Shown: piece by piece, positions 8,089 through 15,130 of the stretch
Layout: each line of letters opens with the position of its first letter
How positions within the stretch are numbered: the first letter of the stretch is position 1
IMG/VR virus record: IMGVR_UViG_2526164631_000015
Location: 1-17,653 of that record
Direction: 5' to 3' (one strand)
Length of the DNA stretch: 17,653 nt
From: a virus
Taxonomy: Duplodnaviria > Heunggongvirae > Uroviricota > Caudoviricetes
Notes under the pieces: generated by a model
Told to the model about the DNA's origin: nothing
The model's input: the letters and a program-made list of their open reading frames with translations, nothing else
The model's database searches: none
Program-made: the position numbers and the translations under genes

Positions 8089-8319
8089 ATGGAGTTTTTG
8101 AAAGAGCATCATTTGCCTTCAATAATTTTTGGAATTTTTTCCGCCATTTTTTGGATTATTTCATGTTTTGCATCTTCCAAAGAACACCCACCAAAAACGG
8201 AACAAGGCAGTTTCTCATCACTGGGTTGTTTTAAAGCCATTGAAATACAAAGTAAATGGAATAAACGGGCTGCTTTTTGCGCAGCGTTAGCTGTTCTTGC
8301 TCAAGTATTTAGCTTTTAG
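8089..8319 (+). CDS. Small hydrophobic/membrane protein, 76 aa, function unknown (moron on the strand opposite the late genes)
   Basis: ATG start with a GAGAG motif upstream. Hydrophobic segments (LPSIIFGIFSAIFWIISCFA; AAFCAALAVLAQVFSF). AT-rich context. Followed 18 nt downstream by an intrinsic terminator. Confidence 0.5.
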   Translation: MEFLKEHHLPSIIFGIFSAIFWIISCFASSKEHPPKTEQGSFSSLGCFKAIEIQSKWNKRAAFCAALAVLAQVFSF

Positions 8320-8336
8320 TTTCAAAAGTGTAAATC

Positions 8337-8372
8337 AGAACCACTCGTATAGCGGGTGGTTCTCTGTTTTAT
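8337..8372 (+). terminator. Rho-independent terminator of the small plus-strand ORF
   Basis: Stem AGAACCACTCG / CGGGTGGTTCT (one G-U pair), loop TATAG, followed by CTGTTTTATT. Confidence 0.6.
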
Positions 8373-8435
8373 TCGTGTTGCGACTAAAACTAACTAAAAT
8401 CACGCATATGAAAGATAATGGGAAAATTATCGCTA

Positions 8436-8873
8436 TCATCGAAGGCATTGCGTCCTAATGTACTCCTGCAAGTAGTTAACCTGCGCGGTTATCCTGTCGA
8501 TTCCACTTCGGAGACGGTAATAATTGAGTTCAGCATCTGCTGTAAGTCCTGGGGTTTCTCCATTGCCCATGCCGCTGGCTCCGGTCGTTGACTTTGCACA
8601 GGTGGCGGCGACTTGCAGGCGCTTACGCCCAGCAGAAACATCAGCACGGAGACTTTCGATAGTCGCATTAGCATCAGCAAGCTCCTTTGTGTATCTGGCG
8701 TCAAGTTCTGCTACATCACGTTGCCGCTTCTGCATATCAGCGATGATGGATGTGGCTTTATCGCGCTGCTCTTTGTAGGCGATGGCGTTATCACGGTAAT
8801 GATTAACAGCCCATGAAAGGCAGACGATGAGGCAGATGACCAGAACGTAGATAATCGCGGTTACTCTGCTCAT
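8436..8873 (-). CDS. Rz: Spanin inner-membrane subunit (i-spanin) Rz
   Basis: [39 protein letters not shown]...[19 protein letters not shown] is near-identical in pattern to lambda Rz ([39 protein letters not shown]...). The ATG at 8871-8873 overlaps the R stop (ATGA). Confidence 0.9.
   Translation of the reverse strand: MSRVTAIIYVLVICLIVCLSWAVNHYRDNAIAYKEQRDKATSIIADMQKRQRDVAELDARYTKELADANATIESLRADVSAGRKRLQVAATCAKSTTGASGMGNGETPGLTADAELNYYRLRSGIDRITAQVNYLQEYIRTQCLR
8489..8674 (-). CDS. Rz1: Spanin outer-membrane lipoprotein subunit (o-spanin) Rz1, embedded in the +1 frame of Rz
   Basis: Signal peptide with lipobox ([20 protein letters not shown]) followed by a Pro-rich mature part ([21 protein letters not shown]), wholly inside Rz in another frame as in lambda. 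Confidence 0.8.
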   Translation of the reverse strand: MLMRLSKVSVLMFLLGVSACKSPPPVQSQRPEPAAWAMEKPQDLQQMLNSIITVSEVESTG

Positions 8874-9367
8874 TGTTGCCCCCACAAACAGACTTCACGC
8901 TCAATCTCACGGCGAGTCATCAGCCCTTTCCATTGCTTACCGCCAGCGTATGTCCAGCGCCGTAGCTGATCACATGCGCCTTTGATATCGCCCTGGTTTA
9001 TTTTGCGAAGAAGCGTCGATGTTCTGAAATTGCCAGCGCCCACGTTGTAAACGAACGAGTAAAGAGCGCCGCGCGTTGTTTCCGGTATATCGACGTTGAT
9101 GTACGGGTTTATTTGTCTGGCGACCGTGGCAAGGTCTTTATTCAGGAGGGCTTTGCATTCTGCTTCGGTATACGTTTTACCGGGCATGATGTCTTTTCCG
9201 GTGTGTCCGTGACATACAGTCCATACGCCAACGATATCTTCGTATGGTATGTAGCTGACACCTTCCAGGCCATCGTCACCACTCGGACCAGTGATGAGCA
9301 CAGACGCTATGGCAACAGCCCCACCACCAATAGCAGCAGCAACAGCCTTGCGTAATGACGGCGACAT
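8870..9367 (-). CDS. R: SAR (signal-anchor-release) endolysin, phage lysozyme, phage-21 R type
   Basis: N-terminal SAR domain ([24 protein letters not shown]) followed by a lysozyme core ([21 protein letters not shown]...). Matches phage 21 R as recalled. Confidence 0.9.
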   Translation of the reverse strand: MSPSLRKAVAAAIGGGAVAIASVLITGPSGDDGLEGVSYIPYEDIVGVWTVCHGHTGKDIMPGKTYTEAECKALLNKDLATVARQINPYINVDIPETTRGALYSFVYNVGAGNFRTSTLLRKINQGDIKGACDQLRRWTYAGGKQWKGLMTRREIEREVCLWGQQ

Positions 9368-9573
9368 TATTCACCTCTCGCAGCCTTACGCTTATCTTCT
9401 TTAATCTTGAAATAAAGGTTTGTCAGATACGTCAGCAGGCCAAACAGCAGACTCCCCAGCACACCTATTGCCACCCACTGGGACGGAGAGACTTTGTCCA
9501 GCAGCTGCAGTAACCAGTATCCCGTCCCCACCGCTGACGTGGTGTATGACACACCTGTTGTGATTTTTTCCAT
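9367..9573 (-). CDS. S: Pinholin (phage-21 S21 type holin)
   Basis: 68-aa product with two TMDs and a charged C-terminus ([68 protein letters not shown]). Resembles S21 and sits immediately upstream of the SAR endolysin. Confidence 0.85.
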   Translation of the reverse strand: MEKITTGVSYTTSAVGTGYWLLQLLDKVSPSQWVAIGVLGSLLFGLLTYLTNLYFKIKEDKRKAARGE

Positions 9574-9829
9574 CTGATGTATGTCTCCGTCACCGCCGAC
9601 AGAAAATGAAAGTAAAGAAAAACAAAAAAGCCGCCAGTGTCACCCACTGACGGCCAACGCCGGGAGCCGTGATTATGGCATTCAGGCTCTGCTAAAAATG
9701 CCAGATAACATTCCGGCCAACCCCTGATTCAGGTTATAAATGACACAATATCTTGACAACATCCGTCACTGTCTGTCAGAAAATGTACTGCCAAGTATAA
9801 GTATCATGTGAAGTACATCTACCCGTTTT

Positions 9830-9866
9830 AGCCAGCGTCCTTCAGAGTGGGCGCTGGCTTTTTTTA
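9830..9866 (+). terminator. Intrinsic-terminator-like hairpin oriented on the plus strand, directly abutting the nanS-p stop codon
   Basis: Stem AGCCAGCGTCC / GGGCGCTGGCT (about 11 bp, one G-U), loop TTCAGAGT, followed by TTTTTTT on the plus strand. On the minus strand the run is A, so it does not terminate the late transcript. Confidence 0.55.
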
Positions 9867-11732
9867 TTATGCTGCCGGTGCATTTATCTCCAGCACCAGA
9901 CTTTCTATCTCAACACCATACGCTGCATTTTTGGTAATATCCGTCAGCGTCAGCGCATTCAGCCCCAGTGTCAGACTGTCTTTTATGACCTGGAATGCCG
10001 GGCCAGCCACTCCATTCAGTTTCGGAGTAACCGTGGCACTGCCGGCGGTGAACACCAGTTCCAGCGTCTGCCAGTCATTACTGTAATTCCCGAACTCGCC
10101 CAACTTTGTGTTTCCTGCTTTCTTGTGATGCATCAGATTCAGTTTGCCGTCTGTGGTCTGGGTGAAGAACGACATCAGGAACGGGTTACCAGTCCCGGTC
10201 ATCGCCACGACGTCAGGTAACGCTACATCGGTATACAGATAAATTCCCAGGCCGAACTGGTTGTTGGTCAGTGCGCCTGACAGTCGAAACTTACAGCTCA
10301 GTCTGCCACCCCGTGTCAGCAGGGAGACTGCGTCATCCACCGGATGCATCAGGGACCAGGTTTTATTGCTCTGCTTGGCGATCTTAAATACACCACCCGA
10401 CAACTGAATTCCGCCGTCCTTAATGGTCCAGCCCTGCGCAGCAGCCTCTCCGGCTGTCGGCAACAGGGAGATTGTGCGTACGGATGCATCTTCAGACGGC
10501 CCCGATGGCGTGTTGCCGCCGGGCGAGGGTTTGATTTCCGGTGCCTTACCACTGATGAAAGCTGAGGTGCGCCCGGCTGCGTTCAGAATAGCGGTTGCCA
10601 TACGATCCGGAATAATGCTCCTGCGCGCCCATGAACTGAAATGTGTCGGGCGGTTTGATGATACCTGGTTTCCATTCGTTCTCGATGCCGCACCGTAATA
10701 TCCTGATGCCGGAATATCCGGATCTTCTGCCGGTGCGTTAGTGGCGGTATTGACGCCGTTACCGTCTGTCATGAAGGGCACAAAATAAACGCCCTCACTC
10801 TCCCTGTTTTTATACCCGCCGTACACGGTGTCGTACTGGGTAGCGTATGTATTTTTCCAGTAATACGTCGTGTCACCACAAATCCACGGCACATTTACAG
10901 CACTGCCACCATGACACTGCGCGTTAAACACAGTGAGGTCAGCACGAAACTGCTTCAGCATGGCTGTAAACAGCGCAGGTTGCTGTGCGTAGGTGGCGGC
11001 GCTCATGTCAAACTCTCCCTGCATCCAGCACACCGCCAGCAACACATTTTTCGGGTTCTTCTGTAATGCAGCTTTAGTGCGCGCAATCAGGTCCTGATAT
11101 AACGGTTTACCCACCCCCCAGCGCGCCGAATCCTGGCTGGCCCCCGCGTCCGCACTGAATGTCCCCTCCGCGCCCTGGGTGAATGCCGAACCACCACGAC
11201 AGCATGGTACCAGCAGGATCCCCGCGTTATTCGGGATATACGGGAGCAGTTTTTTGGCAATATGTAAGCCCTGGCCGACACAGCCGTACTGCCCTTTGCT
11301 CAGGTCTGCCTTCGGATGATTCAGCGTACTCATATCCTGCACATCATGCAGACAGTGGTCAGCCGGGATGATGTCGTTATACGTACAACTCTCTCCACCC
11401 GGAGTTACCGTGCTGCGGCGCGCCAGCTGTTTAATGCGCGGATCCGGAGCATCGTAAGAATCCGGTAACGGAAGCCCTTCACCGTAGGCCATGCCGTTGG
11501 ACTGTCCGGCAAGCACAACCACGTAGAACCAGTCCGGCTCAGTTGCACCACTGACGACCACATCACCTTCTGCTGCAATCGCCTGCATCAGGGTATAAGG
11601 GGTTATGGCCACCGGACTACCAAACGGCTGCCAGCCCTCTTTCAGTTTATGTGTCAGCTTTTCCGCAAGATCTGACGGCGACGCCGCCCTGACAACATCA
11701 TAGTGTTTAAATGCCATGGTTCTTTCCACCAT
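9867..11732 (-). CDS. nanS: Prophage sialate O-acetylesterase (NanS-p-like; SASA/SGNH esterase domain with C-terminal extension)
   Basis: 621-aa ORF with the catalytic-serine GQSN motif (VVLAGQSNGMAYG) typical of SASA-family sialate O-acetylesterases. Position between the tRNA/toxin locus and the lysis genes matches the nanS-p (yjhS-like) gene of Stx-type phages. Confidence 0.8.
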   Translation of the reverse strand: MVERTMAFKHYDVVRAASPSDLAEKLTHKLKEGWQPFGSPVAITPYTLMQAIAAEGDVVVSGATEPDWFYVVVLAGQSNGMAYGEGLPLPDSYDAPDPRIKQLARRSTVTPGGESCTYNDIIPADHCLHDVQDMSTLNHPKADLSKGQYGCVGQGLHIAKKLLPYIPNNAGILLVPCCRGGSAFTQGAEGTFSADAGASQDSARWGVGKPLYQDLIARTKAALQKNPKNVLLAVCWMQGEFDMSAATYAQQPALFTAMLKQFRADLTVFNAQCHGGSAVNVPWICGDTTYYWKNTYATQYDTVYGGYKNRESEGVYFVPFMTDGNGVNTATNAPAEDPDIPASGYYGAASRTNGNQVSSNRPTHFSSWARRSIIPDRMATAILNAAGRTSAFISGKAPEIKPSPGGNTPSGPSEDASVRTISLLPTAGEAAAQGWTIKDGGIQLSGGVFKIAKQSNKTWSLMHPVDDAVSLLTRGGRLSCKFRLSGALTNNQFGLGIYLYTDVALPDVVAMTGTGNPFLMSFFTQTTDGKLNLMHHKKAGNTKLGEFGNYSNDWQTLELVFTAGSATVTPKLNGVAGPAFQVIKDSLTLGLNALTLTDITKNAAYGVEIESLVLEINAPAA

Positions 11733-11977
11733 CTGAAAAATAATTCTTTAAAATACCTGACATGTAATACAGAAAAAACACAAAACCATACCTTAAATAA
11801 AAACCTCATCATCAAGCAGATATGCATGGATAAACTACAAGACGAGATATAAACCACCCTGCATTTAAATAAACAATAAACAACATCAGAAAAATAATTC
11901 TGCTCTATGGTTTACAATCAAAAATATCATTTATACTTTTCAGAACATCACCAGCAAGGCATAAACAAGGAAACTAA

Positions 11978-12313
11978 ATGAAGTGGATTGTGATTGATAC
12001 AGTTATCCAGCCATCATGCGGAATATCTTTTTCAGTCATATGGAGTAAAATAAAATTAATAATCTGGTATCAATCGGATGCTTTCTTACCTCCTGAAAGT
12101 ATATTTACACTGACTCACACAGGTATCATGCTCAATAACAAAGTGCTACCTGTAACCATTTACAACGTAGTACCATTCAATAAAACATTCTGGAATTTAA
12201 TCAAAAACAGCCAGGAATGCCCTACAAATACAGATAACGTATTGAATGAATGCTTTAATAACCGTTGCACTCTGCAAATATGTCCTTATGGGCTAAAACA
12301 ACAAAGTCCATAA
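11978..12313 (+). CDS. Hypothetical protein, 111 aa, Cys-rich C-terminus; cargo gene antisense to the late operon
   Basis: ATG preceded by a strong RBS (AAGGAAACTAAATG). Candidate sigma70 promoter upstream (TTTACA ... TATACT around 11912-11940). About 33% GC. No recognisable family by eye. Confidence 0.45.
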   Translation: MKWIVIDTVIQPSCGISFSVIWSKIKLIIWYQSDAFLPPESIFTLTHTGIMLNNKVLPVTIYNVVPFNKTFWNLIKNSQECPTNTDNVLNECFNNRCTLQICPYGLKQQSP

Positions 12314-12332
12314 GGAGTTTACTCACATCTGA

Positions 12333-12369
12333 CAAAATCAATATAAACAGCCCCTCCGGAGAGGGGCTG
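12333..12369 (-). terminator. Intrinsic-terminator-like hairpin on the minus strand (stem CAGCCCCTC / GAGGGGCTG, loop CGGA, then TTTATATTGATTTTG on the minus strand)
   Basis: GC-rich 9-bp stem with a T-rich tract on the minus strand only. Lies within the cargo block and adjacent to the 3' end of the plus-strand 111-aa ORF. Confidence 0.5.
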
Positions 12370-12745
12370 GAGAGTGGCGCTATGTGCCATTGCATGGTGC
12401 CGGGTGCCTCCCGGTGAATTCAGTACCAGCACCTGAATCCGCGATTATCCCATATACCTACTCGCTGATTGCCCCTCCGCACAGGTGGATTCACCATGCC
12501 AGTTTCTTTTAACAAACTCCCCGCAAACCAGACAACAGTCAACCGCCTGAATTGTGAAGTATTTAAAAATTTCTCCGGCTAACAGTCTGGCGTTTTCTTT
12601 TTCAGCAACGGGAAAGCAACAACCACCACACCCGCCACCAGTACACAGTCAGCCAGCACTGACATTATCCGGCTGCTGCAATGCCATTCACAAAAACAGT
12701 AAGCAATCACTTTTTACCGTAACAGGTGATAATCCAGATATGTAT

Positions 12746-13072
12746 CTACCCCAGATGAGTAATCCGAAGTTCATCCATACCACAGGTCCTGGCTATTCTG
12801 TTGTACTCCTGAACAAGAGCAAATAATTCTGAATTAGCAACCATGAACTCATCGCAAACCCTCTGTATAGCATCACTATTCAGAATAATAACGTCTCTTC
12901 CCAAAAGACGATCAGGAGTACAGAACAAAACTGTCAAACGGCTGAAGGCCTTTGCTCGTGCTGCATTGACTATATCAATACGCTGCCTAAGGATGAAACA
13001 CCCCGACGCCTCATCAATATTCACTCTACCCACACCATATGAATGATAAATATTTAATACTGAAAAAACCAT
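12746..13072 (-). CDS. Hypothetical protein (about 108 aa from ATG 13070-13072; ORF track starts at TTG 13099); coding status uncertain
   Basis: Open frame in the cargo block with no convincing RBS and no recognisable motifs. Confidence 0.25.
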   Translation of the reverse strand: MVFSVLNIYHSYGVGRVNIDEASGCFILRQRIDIVNAARAKAFSRLTVLFCTPDRLLGRDVIILNSDAIQRVCDEFMVANSELFALVQEYNRIARTCGMDELRITHLG

Positions 13073-13209
13073 TAGACCGTATAACAAACACTCAATCAAT
13101 ACTTAACAGAACTTTTATTTTTGACAAACATATAATATTTTCAACAATATACTGAGCCAGGTATATTCCAGTATAAGGCTCTGCCGGAAGAAATCTGGAA
13201 GAATGAATA

Positions 13210-13286
13210 TGGCGCGTTGTACTGGATTCGAACCAGTGACCGATTGCTTAGAAGGCAATTGCTCTGTCCGGCTGAGCTAACAACGC
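13210..13286 (-). tRNA. tRNA-Arg (anticodon UCU)
   Basis: Minus-strand sequence GCGTTGTTAGCTCAGCCGGACAGAGCAATTGCCTTCTAAGCAATCGGTCACTGGTTCGAATCCAGTACAACGCGCCA folds as a canonical cloverleaf: 7-bp acceptor, GCTC/GAGC D-stem, anticodon loop CTTCTAA, T-loop TTCGAAT, encoded CCA. Confidence 0.85.
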
Positions 13287-13298
13287 ATAATGCAGATA

Positions 13299-13375
13299 AT
13301 GGATTGCCATCGGGGACCCGGGCCCCACACAGCCAGTTTCGAAAGCTGACGCTCTCTGCCGATGAGCTAATGGCG
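13299..13375 (-). tRNA. tRNA-like element, probably degenerate tRNA-Arg (UCG-like anticodon); non-canonical T-loop and two acceptor-stem mismatches
   Basis: Minus-strand sequence CCGCCATTAGCTCATCGGCAGAGAGCGTCAGCTTTCGAAACTGGCTGTGTGGGGCCCGGGTCCCCGATGGCAATCCA has TA at positions 8-9, a GCTC/GAGC D-stem, an anticodon loop TTTCGAA and a terminal CCA. Acceptor pairs 1-72 and 2-71 are C-A mismatches and the T-loop is CCCGGGT rather than TTCRANT. Confidence 0.4.
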
Positions 13376-13383
13376 GTATGTGA

Positions 13384-13459
13384 TGGTGGCCCTTGCTGGA
13401 TTTGAACCAGCGACCTGGCGATTATGAGTCGCTCGCTCTCACCACTGAGCTAAAGGGCC
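13384..13459 (-). tRNA. tRNA with CAU anticodon, ileX/ileZ-like (tRNA-Ile2, lysidine type) or Met
   Basis: Minus-strand sequence GGCCCTTTAGCTCAGTGGTGAGAGCGAGCGACTCATAATCGCCAGGTCGCTGGTTCAAATCCAGCAAGGGCCACCA is a canonical cloverleaf. The anticodon stem-loop GCGACTCATAATCGC matches E. coli ileX as recalled. Confidence 0.85.
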
Positions 13460-13508
13460 GGTAGCAGAATAATAATGGTGCGTAATTAATTCTGCAATCC
13501 CATCCGTT

Positions 13509-14558
13509 TCAAACGATTAAATCCTGAACTTCCCTGACTGTCTGTTCAAAACGTCCTGTCTCCAGCTCAACACCAATCGCACAACGCCCCAGTGCCATCG
13601 CCGCTTTTACCGTTGAACCTGAACCCATAAAAAAATCTGCAACCAGGTCTCCCGGACGACTGCTCGCGTTGATTATCTGCTGCAGCATTTCTGCCGGTTT
13701 TTCGCACGGATGTTTCCCTGGATAGTACTGCACCGGTTTATGCGTCCAGACATCGGTGTACGGAACCTGCGCCGTCACACCGAAATACCGCCGCAAATTT
13801 TTATATTCACTCAGCAGTTCCGTATACTGCCGGTTCAGCTCACTGTATGTGCTGACCAGCTGGTGGTGTGGCTTTTCCAGTTCCCCGCGCTGATGTTTTT
13901 CTGCCGCAACACGCGCAAACAACGCCTGCAATTTGTTGTAATTACCCTCGTTCGGTAACTGCCACTGACTGGTACCAAACCAGTGCGAAGCCATGTTTTT
14001 CTTTCCGGTGGCTTCCGCTATCTGTTTTGACGTTATTCCCAGTGATTTACGCGCATCACGAAAGTAAGAAATCAGCGGGGCCATGACGTGCTGTTTTAGC
14101 TCGCGCCCCTGTGCCACATAGCCATCATCTTTCGGGCGATACGGTCCCTGATAATGTTCTGCAAACAGAATGCGCTCTGTTGCCGGAAAATACGCCCGCA
14201 GACTTTCCTTATTGCACCCGTTCCAGCGTCCGGACGGCTTCGCCCAGATAATGTGGTTCAGCACATTAAAGCGCTCACGCATCATGATTTCGGTGTCAGA
14301 TGCCAGGCGATGACCACAGAACAGGTAAAGACTTCCGGCAGGCTTCAGTACCCGCCAGAACTGCGCCAGACACTGGTCCAGCCATTTCAGGTAATCATCG
14401 TCGCCCTCCCACTGGTTATCCCAGCCCTCGGGCTTCACTTTAAAGTATGGCGGGTCTGTGACTATCAGATCGACAGAGTTTTCCGGTAAGGTCTGGATAA
14501 ATTCCAGGCAATCAGCGTTGATTAACTCACAACTGGATATTTTTACAGTATTAATCAT
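13509..14558 (-). CDS. DNA methyltransferase, beta-class amino-MTase (N6-adenine or N4-cytosine); orphan, no cognate endonuclease in the window
   Basis: 349-aa ORF with motif IV DPPY near the N-terminus (LIVTDPPYF) and motif I FxGxG near the C-terminus (DFFMGSGSTV), the circularly permuted order of beta-class MTases. Confidence 0.85.
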   Translation of the reverse strand: MINTVKISSCELINADCLEFIQTLPENSVDLIVTDPPYFKVKPEGWDNQWEGDDDYLKWLDQCLAQFWRVLKPAGSLYLFCGHRLASDTEIMMRERFNVLNHIIWAKPSGRWNGCNKESLRAYFPATERILFAEHYQGPYRPKDDGYVAQGRELKQHVMAPLISYFRDARKSLGITSKQIAEATGKKNMASHWFGTSQWQLPNEGNYNKLQALFARVAAEKHQRGELEKPHHQLVSTYSELNRQYTELLSEYKNLRRYFGVTAQVPYTDVWTHKPVQYYPGKHPCEKPAEMLQQIINASSRPGDLVADFFMGSGSTVKAAMALGRCAIGVELETGRFEQTVREVQDLIV

Positions 14559-14708
14559 AGATCAATAAGCACTTCTCTGATAGGCTCATACCGCTTTTGC
14601 GCAAAGCAGATGGGCCTGAGGTTTGCTTGTGACCCCAACGCATGAGCAGATGGCTGGCAGGTGCCGCTAACACCCACCAGCCGCCCATTACCACAAATTA
14701 AAAAGCCT

Positions 14709-14918
14709 TCACTGCGGAAGGCGTCTGTAACAACCGAACTGATAATCTGCCAGACCCGCCATAACAAGCTGGGTCAGTATTAACTGGCAGCGTTCGCGTG
14801 AAAGGTAAGTATTCTGCGCAATTTCCCCGACGGTCGCCGGTTCGGTGACGCTTAATTCATTAAACACCACTCTGGCGGTTTCGGTCATATCCTGCTGTTT
14901 TAGCATGCCTTTTTCCAT
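14709..14918 (-). CDS. Small hypothetical protein (about 65-70 aa); start uncertain (ORF track extends to 15029)
   Basis: Open frame immediately downstream of the tR'-like terminator. Internal ATGs at 14916-14918 and 14904-14906 carry weak to moderate RBS (AAAGG); the 15029 ATG abuts the terminator T-tract with no RBS. Confidence 0.35.
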   Translation of the reverse strand: MEKGMLKQQDMTETARVVFNELSVTEPATVGEIAQNTYLSRERCQLILTQLVMAGLADYQFGCYRRLPQ

Positions 14919-15029
14919 TTTCCGGTTAACGTGACATACCAATAACTCTTGTCGAAAAAGCCAGCAAGTTGAAAGACCGGTATTAGCAACCACCAGCGCG
15001 TTTAACGCCCCGTGCCGTTTTTCAGTCAT

Positions 15030-15051
15030 AAAAAAACCCGCAAAAAGCGGG
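15030..15051 (-). terminator. Intrinsic terminator on the minus strand about 80 bp downstream of the Q-like gene (tR'-like)
   Basis: Minus-strand RNA GCCCGC-UUUUU-GCGGG followed by U7. The position mirrors the lambdoid Q-pR'-tR' arrangement. Confidence 0.6.
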
Positions 15052-15130
15052 CTCTTTCAAATGTCCATGTCTGCTATTCGCCTCGCGGTACAGCTTTGCT
15101 AAGCTTACCGGAATTGAAGCAGTTTTTACG

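Noticed and set aside
9465-9647. ORF 9465..9647 (-), 60 aa
   Set aside because: Out-of-frame overlap with the pinholin gene and its upstream region; no start signals.
10344-11371. ORFs 10344..10565 (+), 10349..10552 (-), 10423..10698 (+), 11087..11281 (-), 11183..11371 (+) inside nanS-p
   Set aside because: They are nested in or antisense to a long ORF with a clear esterase motif; Arg/Pro-rich translations are typical of wrong-frame reading.
12554-13046. Plus-strand ORFs 12554..12826 (90 aa, GTG start) and 12843..13046 (67 aa) in the cargo block
   Set aside because: No RBS, and low-complexity Pro/Gln/Ser-rich translations. They are antisense to the late transcript and weaker than the 11978..12313 ORF. 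Retained only as context in the cargo finding.
11733-13209. Shiga toxin genes (stxA/stxB) at the tRNA-nanS locus
   Set aside because: No ORF here resembles StxA (about 315 aa with signal peptide and RNA N-glycosidase motifs) or StxB (about 89 aa); the locus carries different, unrecognised sequence.
13710-14767. ORFs 13710..13958 (+), 13868..14086 (+), 14154..14489 (+), 14555..14767 (-)
   Set aside because: They are antisense to or overlap the DNA methyltransferase ORF, which has canonical motifs; there is no independent support.
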